54,692 bases of DNA from Octopus sinensis (taxonomy: Eukaryota). The notes beneath the pieces were generated by a model. That model searched no databases and was not told the origin of the DNA. It was given only the letters and a program-made list of their open reading frames with translations. Below are positions 24,812-37,662 of this stretch, piece after piece. Numbering within the stretch: the first letter of the stretch is position 1; each line of letters begins with the position of its first letter. The stretch is taken from assembly GCF_006345805.1 (NCBI RefSeq), contig NW_021833794.1, positions 1 through 54,692 on the forward strand, read 5' to 3'. Position numbers and translations under genes: made by a program.

Positions 24812-24896
24812 GGGTAATTGTCCTAGGGGATAGTTGTCGTCGGTGGGTATTGTCCGATGGGAGTAATTGTCCGAGGGGGTTATTGTCCTGATACGG
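24812..24896. mobile_element. Probable DNA-transposon (Mutator-like?) terminus with subterminal repeats
   Basis: Five degenerate GGGTAATTGTCC motifs in a row; no partner end seen. Confidence 0.35.
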
Positions 24897-24989
24897 AATG
24901 GACTTGCTGAAGGACACGACTCACTATTCGCTGCGCGAGTCGAAGGTTGTGATCGTGAGTGAAAAAAAGCAAAAAAAAAAGCAAAAAAA

Positions 24990-25422
24990 GTGGCTGTGTG
25001 GTAAGTAGCTTGCTTACCAACCACATGGTTTCGGGTTCAGTCCCACTGCGTGGCACCTTGGGCAAATGTCTTCTACTATAGACTCCGAACGACGAAAGCC
25101 TTATGAGTGGATTTGGTAGACGGAAACTGAAAGAAGCCCGTCGTATATATGTACTTATTCTATCGGTCTCTTTTGCCTAACCGGGGACGTAAACATACCA
25201 GCATCGGTTGTCAAGCGATGATGGGGGGATAAACACAGACACACAAACATACACACACATAAATATATATATACATATATACGACGGTCTACCAAAAGCA
25301 CTTACAAGGCTTTGGTCGGCCCGAGGCTATAGTAGAAGACACTTGCCCCAGGTGCCACGCAGTGGGACTGAACCCGGAACCATGTGGTTTGTAGGCAGGC
25401 TACTTACCACACAGCCACTCCT
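24990..25422. mobile_element. Convergent pair of partial SINE family A copies
   Basis: + strand head 24990-25150 followed directly by a minus-strand copy 25150-25422. Confidence 0.8.
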
Positions 25423-25689
25423 TTCGCCATCTTGCCATCTAACAAAACAATAAAAATGTTCTTTTCTAATTCTGACACAAAGTCACCAATGTTGAAGAAA
25501 TAGGGATAACAAATGAACACTGTGTACTCCAGTAAATGACTCGTACTTTATTTCATCGACCCCTGAAACGATAAAGGATGCCCTGGAGGGAATTCGGACT
25601 CACGATGGAAGGAGTTGGAAGAAATACTGCTAAGCACTTAGTCCGTTGCGCTAACGATTCTGCTCGCTCGTCACATCTAATAATACAAG

Positions 25690-26053
25690 GAGAAATCAAA
25701 AATTCACATGCTTGTCTGGCTGCTATTAAACTTCTCGATCGACTCAAACATACATCTACGCGGTTGTGCACCGTTCCCGTACTGTGTTAAAAGCCTCCGA
25801 TGAATTTCAACTCTTGACACACCTTTCGATCTGAGAAATCCGATCACTACCTTTCGTTCTTTTTTGGTGCACATTGCTAGTCGAGTGGTCATGCTTTACA
25901 CTGTGAAGCCAGAAAGAAAAAAAATGGCGCGATCAGCCTCAAACTTTGATCACGTGACCACAATAGTACCGACTAATAGCACGCATGCGCAGAAGGCAGT
26001 GTGACAATGATAAAGATATGGCGAAAGTGCGGATAAATTTTGACTTCGTTTCG
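25690..26053 (-). mobile_element. Mariner transposon 5' fragment
   Basis: MTTRLAMCTKKERKVVIGFLRSKGVSRVEIHRRLLTQYG resembles the mariner N-terminal HTH region; decayed TIR-like end near 26053. Confidence 0.75.
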
Positions 26054-26534
26054 TATTTTCTGATATAGGCACAAGGCCTGAAATTTTGCGGCAATTACAT
26101 CAACTGGTACTTAGTTTATCGATCCCGAAAGGATTAAAGACAAAGTCAACCTCGGCCGAAATTTGAACTCAGAACGTAATCACGGACGAAATGCTGTTGA
26201 GCATTTTGTTCGACCTGCTAACGACTCTACATACGCACTGCCTTATTAGTGCTACTACTTATATCGGTTTCAAATTTTGGCACAAAGCCAGTGAGTTACT
26301 TCGACCCTAGTTCTGAATTAATGAAAAGGGATGAAAATCGAAGTCGACTACGGGTGGAATTTGAACTCGAAACGTAATGAGTCGGAAGAAATGACACTAA
26401 GCGTTCTTGTCAGCCACGTACGTTAACGATTCTACCAGCGCGCCACCTTTACGAGCAGCAAAAAGTAATAACAAGAAATTATGATGAGTTTAAAGATAAC
26501 ATCAACAATATTCCAAGCAGCAGCAGCAGTAGGA

Positions 26535-26566
<32 letters not shown>

Positions 26567-26683
26567 GCAATAATAACAACTACAACAACAACGCCAATAA
26601 TAACATCATCATCATCATCATCATCATTAGCAGCAGGAAGTGCAAAATATCAACATCGTCTACTCCAGCAGCACCAACACCGA

Positions 26684-26736
<53 letters not shown>

Positions 26737-27152
26737 GCCGCAGCAGCAGGAACAGCAGCGACAACAACAACAACAAATACAAGATGAACAGCACCAATGT
26801 GAACGGGGCCAAAAGTTAGGGCCGATCACTATCTATTCTTCTTTAATTGGGTTTCATTGATCGCCATACGTTAATCGATCATTCTGGCTGTATTAATTGA
26901 TTTATTTGTTTAAGATGTTTTAATCAAGGCTGGAAATCTGACGAAGATAATTCATTTCTTACGCACACACACACAAAGCCTCATACACACACACACAACA
27001 CACACACACACACACGCACACACACACACGCGCGCGCGCATACACACAACCACATACACATACGCAAACACACTCATACATTCAGACAAACACGCATATA
27101 TATTGACATACACACATTCATATAAGACACTCTTGTGCGTCCATATGCTTCA

Positions 27153-27210
<58 letters not shown>

Positions 27211-28069
27211 ACTATCTATCTACCTATCTATCTATTTATTTATCATTGTATCTATGTAGCTCTCTCTCTCTCTTTTTCTTTCTCTTTCGCTCTCCCTTCT
27301 GTCTCTCATTCTATATTGTAACCATAGCAGCGTGGTTAAAATATTTGCTGCTTCAAAATTTCGTGGTTTCGAGTCCACTCACATTCTATGACAATGCTAG
27401 GCATCTGTGTATCCTATCATAATCTTGTCTGGACCAAATCATTGCAAGAGACGTTGTATGGATGTCCATCAGAGAAGCTATTTCTAATTCTGAAGAATAA
27501 ACATAATCTATATATTGTTTAATATCATCCTCTGTCTCTCTATTATCGTTTACGGGATCCACTTAAAGAGAGCATAAGAACATTTCGGCACAGCCGTTTT
27601 GGCACCACTGATTCGACGCAGACTTCTTTGACACCAACCGTTTTAATGTTTCTTTCGTTTGATGTTTCATTCCTCTCTCTACCTCTTGACCTTCTATCTT
27701 TCTTTTCCCGCTTTCTCTCTGTTTATATTTATGAGAATAGTTTATTGTCTCGCAACAACACCGTGCAACAATAGAAGTAGACTATCAAAGTTTTATGGGG
27801 CATTTATTCTGCAAAGCTCTGATTGAACTTGTTGATACTGACACAGCAAAGAGGGGCTATAAAAAAAAACTGCAGTGAAGGCCACTAGGTGGCTTTCGGA
27901 TAAAAAGGACAGACCAGTGTCTTGGTGCCACTGGGATGCAAGCTGGGGCTTCATCAACCTCCGTTACATCAAACTGGGCGAGGGGGTCACATGGTGAACG
28001 ATTCGAAAACTCCCGGGACCCCCAAAATATCACTGAAGTTACATAGCATAACCTATGTGTGATTTACCT

Positions 28070-28297
28070 TTACCCTTTAGCATTTCAACCGGCCGTATCT
28101 GGCTGAAATAGCCTTCCGTTTTATGTTTAAACTGACCGGATCCAGCCTCTCACACTTACTCTAGAATGTTAGTCTAAAAAAATATACAGTTACTTAATCG
28201 AAATCCCAAAGCTGAATGATAATGCATGATTAATTCAAAACAATGTCTATAAATATGGTTTATATTTGATAAAATTATCTGAATGCAGGAGGGTTAA
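28070..28297. mobile_element. Decayed MITE with piggyBac-like ends
   Basis: tta(a)CCCTTTAGCATT ... AATGCAGGAGGG ttaa imperfect terminal inverted repeats. Confidence 0.5.
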
Positions 28298-28393
28298 ATC
28301 TAAATCTAAAAATGTTTAAATGTATGAGGAAAAGGAGAATGTTTATGACAATCGTGGTCATTGAGTAAGTTGTAATTTCTCTCACTCCGACAG

Positions 28394-28429
<36 letters not shown>

Positions 28430-28442
28430 TGTCAGTGTGTTC

Positions 28443-28524
<82 letters not shown>

Positions 28525-28534
28525 TATCTATCTA

Positions 28535-28602
<68 letters not shown>

Positions 28603-28659
28603 GTCTGTCTATCTATCTATCTATCTTATCTATCTATCTATCTATCTTTTTTTTTTTTT

Positions 28660-28828
28660 TTTTTTTACCCCCCTTATTTTTGTCTCTTTCTCTCCTTTTA
28701 CGATCCCCTTGATCGAACCTCCCCCTTCCTTTTTTTTTTTTTTTTTTTTTTTTGAATACCTTCAAAAGAAAAGCTCTACATTGTATTTGTTTCTATCTGT
28801 GTGCAGCCCTGTGTGGCTAATAAAGAAA
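28660..28828 (+). mobile_element. Tx1-like LINE 3' end in (TATC)n
   Basis: Ends cagccctgtgtggctAATAAAgaaa, homologous to 41241-41408 and 41479-42112. Confidence 0.65.
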
Positions 28829-28842
28829 CATATCTATCAGTT

Positions 28843-29162
28843 TTTCTAGTATAGCCTCGGGCCAGCCAAAGCCTTGTGAGTGGATCTGGTTGACGGAAAC
28901 TGAAAGAAGCTCGTCGTATATATGTATATGTATATATATATATGTATATGTGTGTGATATGTTTCTGTGTCTCTGTTTGTCCCCCAACATCGCTTGACAA
29001 CCGATGCTGGTGTGTTTATGTCCCCGTAACATAGCGGTTCTGCAAAAGAGACGTATAGAATAAGTACTAGGCTTACAAAGAATAAACCCTGGGGTCGATT
29101 TGCCCGACTAAAGGCGATACTCCTGCATGGCCACAGTCAAATGACTGAAACAAGTAAAAGAG

Positions 29163-29163
<1 letters not shown>
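28843..29163 (+). mobile_element. SINE family A lacking head
   Basis: Body and tail match family A. Confidence 0.8.
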
Positions 29164-29195
<32 letters not shown>

Positions 29196-30098
29196 ATATT
29201 TGCATATGTATATTCCTTTGCGCACATACGTGAGCAAAGGTGTGTATTTCTCCAATGCCAAAAAGCACTGTTAGCAAAATAGACTGAATATCAAGTCAGC
29301 TGCACCAAATCACTAGCGTCTAAACAGCAGCGCCCAGTTGTCTCATTCCGTACTTAGGGCTAGATGACTGGTCTAAGTATAAATGCCCTTCATTCTATAA
29401 ATTCCCTTGTTTCTAGCATTAATGGAGATCCTGCAACAAGCCACTCAATCGGGGGGGGGGGGGTAACAAATTAATTGCCAGCAATAAACACAATAGTTTC
29501 CTTTAATTTATTTGGTTGTGATATTTCATTTTGTCTCTACTTAGAGTAGTGCTATCTTTCCATACTTTCGCTCAACAAGGCTTCGAATAGCGGAAGACGG
29601 AACCTCTGAGAAGCAATTAGATGTATTACGTTAAAAACATGCGTACGCACACACTCGTGTGTGCAAGTACAGACAAACACCAACACACACTCACACACGC
29701 ACACACAGACACATCATCATCATCATCAAATACATTTACACACATATCCACATACCTCACCTACACACTCCTCTCCCTAGATTTTATATTCATATATTTA
29801 TATCCTTTTACTGGCTTCAGTCATTATACTGCGGCCATGCTGGTGCATGACTTTCAAGATTTTTAGTCGAATGAGTCGATTCCAGTATATTTCTTAAAGC
29901 CTGGTACATATTCTATTATTCTCTTTTGCCAAACCGCTACGTAACGGGGAGATAAAACACACCAACACTGGTTGTTGAGCAGTGGTAGGGAAAAAACTCA
30001 GACACAGAGACACACACATAATTTTATATACATGTACATATATAAATAGTGTATATATATATATTGTGTGTGTGCGTGTATATATATATATATGTATA

Positions 30099-30157
<59 letters not shown>

Positions 30158-30411
30158 ATATATATATATGTATGATATGTATGCATATGTGGGTATATGT
30201 GTGTATATATATATGTGTGTGTGTATGTTATATATATATATATGTGTGTGTATATATATATTATATATATAAGTTCAGCAAAATTTAGATTCAAATGAAT
30301 ATGGTACTTAAGTTAGATGCACCAGAATTCTGTATGCTGTTATCCATATAAATCCATGGGTGATTATAGTCAAAATACCGGAGTTATTCTTGTTGCTTAT
30401 TTGATATATAT

Positions 30412-30443
<32 letters not shown>

Positions 30444-30479
30444 GTATATATATATATATATTATATATATATATATAAG

Positions 30480-30723
30480 CTTTTACTTTTTTACTCTTTT
30501 ACTTGTTTCAGTCATTTGACTGTGGCCATGCTGAAGCACCCGCCTTTAGTCAAACAAATCGACCCCAGGATTTATTCTTTGTAAGCCTAGTGCTTATTCT
30601 ATCAGTGTCTTTTGCCGAACCACTAAGTTATGATGACGTAAACACACCAGCATCGGTTGTCAAGCAATGTTGTGGGGACAAACACAAACACACGCACACA
30701 CACATACACACACATACACAGAC

Positions 30724-30754
<31 letters not shown>

Positions 30755-30938
30755 CACATATATACATATATACGATGGGCTTCTTTCAGTCTCCGTCTAC
30801 CAAATCCACTCACAAGGCTTTGGTCGACCCGAGACTATTGTAGAAGATACTTGCCCAAGTACCACGCAGTGGGACTGAATCCGAAACCATGTGGTTTGTA
30901 AGCAAGCTACTTACCCCACACAGCCACCCCTACGCCCT
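30480..30938 (-). mobile_element. SINE family A, full length
   Basis: As other family A copies. Confidence 0.88.
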
Positions 30939-30974
30939 ATATATATATATATAATATATATATATATGTATATA

Positions 30975-31205
30975 TATTTCTTACTACCCACAAGGGGCTA
31001 AACACAGAGGGGACAAACAAGGACAGATAAACGGATTAAGTCGATTATATCGACTCCAGTGCGCAACTGGTACTTAATTTATCGATCCCGAAGGATGAAA
31101 GGCAAAGTCGACCTCGGCGAAATTTGAACCCAGAACGTAACGCCAGACGAAATGCGTCTACGCATTTCTTCCGGCGTGCTAACGTTTCTGCCCAGCTCGC
31201 CGCCT
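30975..31205 (-). mobile_element. SINE family C, full length
   Basis: Matches 1121-1373. Confidence 0.85.
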
Positions 31206-31257
31206 GAATATATAGACACACGTACACTCACAATGCACACTACAGATATATACATAC

Positions 31258-31295
<38 letters not shown>

Positions 31296-32279
31296 AGAAA
31301 AAGTACAAGAAAAAACAACACGCGGACGTAGTGCAGCATACAAACACATACAGACACGCTTGCGTGCACAACCACAGCCCCACCCCACACGTTCATTTAC
31401 CATATCTCAACTATAAGCAATCAGTTAAACAAACCCCTTTTCCTTTTGTTCCTCCGGGATAGTCTGTACTTCCACATTTCTCTGTTTTCTACCTTTCTTT
31501 CTCCCCCATTATTCTCTCCCGAAATTCTTCCTTTTGACATTTCTCTTCCTCTCTATATATCGCTATCGTTCCAGTCTCTCCTTAAAATCTCTTTCAGTTC
31601 CATCCATAATTCTATAACGATGTCTCTGCCATTGTTATCACATTCCTACAGATTCTTCGATGCCATTTTCAATGAGGAACACATCACTGTTGTAACCAGA
31701 AGAAAATGTTCTGTCGACAGATTAATATAGGATGTGTGCCAAAATATTAATTAGAATTCATCACCATGTTAATTAATTTCTTACTGCAACCAATGTAACA
31801 TTCATTACATTCATTAAATTTACTGTAGCGTTTATATACCTGAACGCACGCAAATATACACGCACACACACACACACACACATGCCCGTGCACGCACACA
31901 TACGCACACTCGTACACATATAAAGATATATATGCTTACATATGCACACTGACATTTATACATAGAACACACGTACACTGACAATACACTACTACAAAGA
32001 TATACATACTTTACACAAACAAATATATGCATATGTAGATGTATATATATCTGTATATATATATATATATTATATATATAATAATATATATAATATATCT
32101 AATATATATATACATAATAGTTATCGCCATACTAATAGGCATTCTTATAAAAATAAGAAAAAGCTGTCGCTTATTAGCTCCATGAGGCCATCGCCTTAAG
32201 TTAGCTATTTGATACACAAACTGTATCCATATAACCTTCGAACAAGGGAGGTCAGTCGCTCCACACTACTTGACCGGCA

Positions 32280-32321
32280 GCTACAGACGCGTTTCGGGGT
32301 ATTGCCCCTTTTCAATGCAGC
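32280..32321 (-). ncRNA. Minimal type I hammerhead ribozyme-like motif, U3-A8 core variant
   Basis: Minus strand GCTGCA-TTGAAAA-GGGG caata CCCC-GAAA-CGCGT-C-TGTAGC: 6-bp stem I, 4-bp GC stem II, palindromic stem III ACGCGU, GUC triplet. Confidence 0.8.
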
Positions 32322-33374
32322 GTAGCCAGCCAGTATATATGCTTACATATGCACACTGACATTTATACATAGACACACGTACACTGACAATACACACTAC
32401 AAAGATATACATACATTTACACAAACAAATATATGTATATGTATATGTATATATATATGTATAGATATATATATTTATTTGATATCTTTAAATAAGTCCC
32501 TGCATGTCTACTTTCCAAAGTCTGTCGCCGCTTTGATCCCGATTTTAGAACTCGCTTCCTAGCGCAGCATGAAGGAGGGTTACACACACGATCACTAGAT
32601 CGTACTTCCGACATCCGGACCTGTGGTGCGTTGCCTTCTTGAGCAAAGCACTTCATTTAACCTTGTAAGGTATATATACGTATATATGTATGCTTGTATA
32701 TCTTTATATATTTGTATATATATATGTCTGCATGTTGTATATATATATATATATATACATACTTACATATATATATATTTATAATGCATGTACGTATGCA
32801 CAACCAGACTATTTATATGCGCGTGTGTATGTGCATGTGAGTGTGTGCATGTGCATGTGTGTGTATGTGTGTGTGTGTGTGCGTGCTTGTGTGTATGTGT
32901 GTGTTTAAGTGCTACTTTATTTACAGAGATTTTGGAGTTTCATTTACCAGTAAATCTTCGAAATCATTATGGATATGATTACGAATACCGTTTGATTCTT
33001 TCACTTCAAATCTGTTGAAACGTGAAGTGAGAATTACCAGCGACAGTTTTCATAACTTATATATTATAGGTAGAGAAGCAATTACATTGAGTAGAAACTA
33101 CATAACAGTTGGAAAAATGATCTAAATTTTGTTTCGATGTTTTATATACTCTGATGATTTAATGATGTTATAAGATTATGACGTAATTCTTTATATAACG
33201 GATGTTTTCATTAATGAAATACGTGTAAGAATGCATTTGATAAATGTAAGAATGTAATCTGCATCTAGTTATACATACATACATACGTATATGTATATGT
33301 ATATATATATATTCTGTAGTTTCAGCTCCTGGCTGCGGCCATGCCATGCTGATGTACCAATATGTATGTATATA

Positions 33375-33410
<36 letters not shown>

Positions 33411-33929
33411 TGTATGTATGTATGTATGTATTGTTTTATTTTTATGTTTAGTAAGCTCAGGATATTACAGACTGGTGACGTAGTCCACTAGGGCCGGTTA
33501 CCCTATTTACATGGGATATAAGAGACCGATCTCACAACATTACCCCTGAAGAGGAAGCCAACCTGTTGCGGATGTCTTATTTACAGCTGAGTGAACTGTA
33601 GCAAGGTTAAATGAAGTGCTTTGCTCAAGAAGGCAACGCACCACAGGTCCGGATGTCGGAAGTACGATCTAGTGATCGTGTGTGTAACCCTCCTTCATGC
33701 TGCGCTAGGAAGCGAGTTCTAAAATCGGGATCAAAGCGGCGACAGACTTTGGAAAGTAGACATGCAGGGATGGTTAACCCGATCGAAACCGCTGGACTTA
33801 TTTAAAGATATCAAATAAAACTATACCACTGGATATATTTAAAGATATCAAATAAAATTATAAATAATAAGGCACTGGCTCTCATGGTTTTTGATCTTAA
33901 CTGATTGGAAGTATTATTATGTACATTGT

Positions 33930-34233
33930 GGAGGCGCAATGGCCTAGTGGTTAGGGCAGCGGACTCGCGGTCGCAGGATCGCGGTTTCGATTCCCAGACC
34001 GGGCATTGTGTGTGTTTATTGAGCGAAAACACCTAAAAGCTCCATGAGGCTCCGGCAGGGGGTGGTCATCCCTGCTGTACTCTTTCACCACTCTTTCTCT
34101 CACTCTTTCTTCTGTTGGCCCGCTTGCTTAGCCAGCGGGTTGGCGTCATTCGAAGGCTAAAAACAATGCGAACGCATTGTGACCAGCGATGTGTAACAAC
34201 ATCTGATGGTCTGGTCGGTCACGTGATCACGTG
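33930..34233 (+). mobile_element. SINE with family B head and alternative tail, nested in the 555-bp AAT element
   Basis: 14-bp TSD ATTATGTACATTGT at 33916-33929 and 34234-34247; tail ends tctggtcggtcacgtgatcacgtg. Confidence 0.9.
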
Positions 34234-34439
34234 ATTATGTACATTGTAAAAGATGGGCTACAGCAAATATTCTGCTCAATACCATAGACTTGCTAGTCAG
34301 TCGCTTTATCTTGATCAGTTGAGCATGTTCCTTAGTGGTTGATGATATGTGTATCTCTAATCACGAGCAGAAGTAGTGGCGGAGCATCATAACCATGTGT
34401 TGAAAGGAATTATTTAGGGTTTGAAGGATTTAACAAAAA

Positions 34440-35342
34440 TGGACTTGAGAGTGCTCATGAATTCAGATCAAGAACAGCCAAGAAGAGAGTAGAAACCCTA
34501 CTCCGTATGGAATTACATGGTCAGTTCCACCGTGAAACTAACAAATTAAAAGACTAGGAAGCATCATGGAGGTGACTCAACAAGGGAAACCTAAACAAGA
34601 ATACTGAAAGCTTAATCATCGCTGTCCAGGGCCCAAGCATTAAATACCAACTCAGTGAAAAAGAATATGTACCACACGAGTGCATCGGACCTCTGCAGAA
34701 AATGTGGGGAGAGAGTCGGAAGCGTCGTGACTCACATTGTTAGTACTTGTGAAATTTTGCACAGAAAGAGTACAAGCGTAGACACGACAAGGTAGCCCAA
34801 AACCTCCACCGGCTACCATGCCGTAAGTATGGTTATAAGGTTACCAACATACACCGGAAAAGGTAAAGGACGAAAAGTGGGGGGGGGGGATTTCCAGACA
34901 GACAAGTATGTTAGAGCAGCGAAGGCCGGATCTAGTAACCTTTAGGAGGGACAAGCAAGAGTGCCTTAATAATTGTCGTGGCAGTGCCAGGAGATCAACA
35001 CACCATAAAAGAAAGAGAAAAGGTTGATAAATACGGAGACCTGAGAATTGAGATCGGTAAGATGTGGCTGCTACTAGTGTCAAACATAAAAGCTATTCCT
35101 ATTGTCATCGGAGCATTGGGTTCAATACCACCCAATCTGAAAAAAAAACATCTGAAAACTTTAGAAATACCCTACAATCTAGATGTATTGCAAAGGTCTT
35201 CATCACTTCGAATTGTACGCATATTGCGTAAAGTACTGTCTGTCTGAGGTCCTTGTTGTGACTTGACAAACAGTACAGACCCCCAGTAGACACAATATCT
35301 TCAATCAACAACCTCAAGATATTGTATACTGAGCGACGTCTA
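34440..35342 (+). mobile_element. R4/Dong-like LINE fragment (third subfamily), pseudogenised
   Basis: LHGQF, TESLII, CRKCG zinc knuckle, EYKRRHDKVA, IPIVIGALG with frameshifts; ends in (AAC/AAT)n. Confidence 0.85.
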
Positions 35343-35424
35343 TAACAACAACAACAACAATAATAACAATAACAACAACAACAACACCAACAACAACAAT
35401 AATGATAATAATAATAATAATAAT

Positions 35425-37300
35425 AAGGCGTTTGATAGCATCCCCCACACATGGATCCTCGAAACACTAGCCATTAACAAAGTAGCACCAACAATCATAA
35501 AATTCATAGAGCACTCTATGAATAAATGGCAAACAGTCCTACACCTCCAAACAAAAGAGGGACTCATGAAAACCAAAGACATCTCCATTAGAAGAGGAAT
35601 ATTCCAGGGAGACACGCTCTCTCCACTCCTTTTCTGCTTGGCACTGTCACCTCTATCTGATAGCTAAATAGAACTGGATGCGGATATAAATGTTACGGCA
35701 AAACGATCAGCCACCTTTTATATATGGATGACCTAAAACTATACGCTGCAAATGACAAACAGCTGGAAACACTATTAAAGACAGTTCATGGATTTACCAA
35801 GAAATAGATATGAAATTGGATTAGAAAAATGCGCCAAAGTAACCATGAAAAGAGGAAAACTAGTTAAGAGTAACAACATCACACTAGATAAAACCAATGA
35901 AATAAAGAATTAGACCAAAGCCAAACTTACAATACTTAGGAATCCATGAACTAGATAAGACACAACAACACAAATGAAAGAGAAAATAAAAAAAGAATAT
36001 TATAGACGAGTTAGATCAATACTAAAACAGAGCTCAATGCTAAAAACAAGATAAAGGTATCAACACTTTGCTGTCCCAGTTTAAAGTTACAGCTACAATA
36101 TCCTTAACTGGACACGAAATGACTGTCCAAAATAGATAGAAAACAAGAAAAATACTGACAGGATCTAGGATGCATCACCCAAAATCTGACATAGAAAGAC
36201 TATATATACAACGTATAGAAGGTGGTAGAGGCCTTATACAGCTGGAAAACTACTATAAAATAACCACCATAGGACTGCAAAAATACCTACTTCAGAAGGA
36301 AGGAAAACTGATCCAGATAGCAGCAAAACACGAGCAAAACAAAAAACTGTTCTCAGTATTTAAGGAAGCTGACAAATACAAACAGAGAATCATACCACCT
36401 AATAAACACAAAGAAGAAGAAGAGATGATGAAGAAACAACAAAAGCTATAAAACAAATGAAATCCAAACTAAAAATAGAACAGCAACGAGCCATGATAAA
36501 ACGATGGCAAGAAAAGCCCCTTCATGGTAATAACTGCACTAAACTAAACGCAAATAAATAGACAAAGAAAAATCCCAGCAAGGGAGAAGCTCATGACTCA
36601 AAGCAGAAACAGAGGGATTTTTTATTGCAGCCAAGACCAAGCCTCCCCACCAGAAATTACCAAAAACATGTAATGAAAAAAAATATTACAAGTAACTGCA
36701 GAATATGTGGAGATGGACAAGAAACAATAAATCATATTATCTCTAGCTGCCTAGTCCTGGCTAAGAAGGAATATATTCACAGACATGACAGAGTTGGAAC
36801 CTACATACATTGGAGGCTATGCCAACATTATGGAATAACAACAGAAAAAAGATGGTATAGGCACACACCAGAAAAGGTCACAGAAAACAGACCAGATATA
36901 GTTGTCAGAGATCATGAAGAAAAAAAATGCTTTCTAATTGATGTATCAATACCGGCAGATGACAACGTGTCTCTAAAAGAAATGGAGAAACTCTCAAAAT
37001 ACAAAGACCTGGAAATAGAGGTAACTAGAATGTGGAACCTGAAAACAGAAACAATTCCTATCATAGTAGGTGCATTAGGCATGATAAAAAAGTATTCAGA
37101 CAAATACATAACAAAAACACCAGGACTTACAAACACATATAACATACAGAAAATTGCACTACTAGGCACTGCACACATCCTACGCAGAACACTTTCCATA
37201 CAATAACCATCAGAGCATCACAACAAATCACAGCACATACCCAAGGCACACAGAGCTGCGCTCGGTAGTGAAGTGAAAGCACGCTATCAAAATAAAACTA

Positions 37301-37303
<3 letters not shown>
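35425..37303 (+). mobile_element. R4/Dong-like non-LTR retrotransposon, 5'-truncated (RT + CCHC + restriction-like endonuclease), frameshifted
   Basis: KAFDSIPH, IFQGDTLSP (35602-35613), YMDD (35721-35732), CRICGDGQETINHIISSC, RPDIV..IDVSIP; (AAT)n on both sides. Confidence 0.95.
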
Positions 37304-37370
<67 letters not shown>

Positions 37371-37662
37371 GTAATAATAATAACAACATATACCTAAGAT
37401 ACACAGAGCTACGCTCGGTAGTGCAGTGACAGTAAACAATAAGAATAAGACAAGCGAAGAAATAAATAATAACTGGTATGTTAAGGGACTGAAATGGAAA
37501 GCCCTGTTGATGTTCTGGAGAAAGTTTGCCTTTTAGGTACAGGAAAGATTATTAGAAGGGTTATGAACACTTAAAAGATTGTTGACAGCTTGTGAATATC
37601 TAAGATTATGGGTAGTAAAATACATTACAGGTAGTAAAATTAATTACAGGTAGTAAAATATA

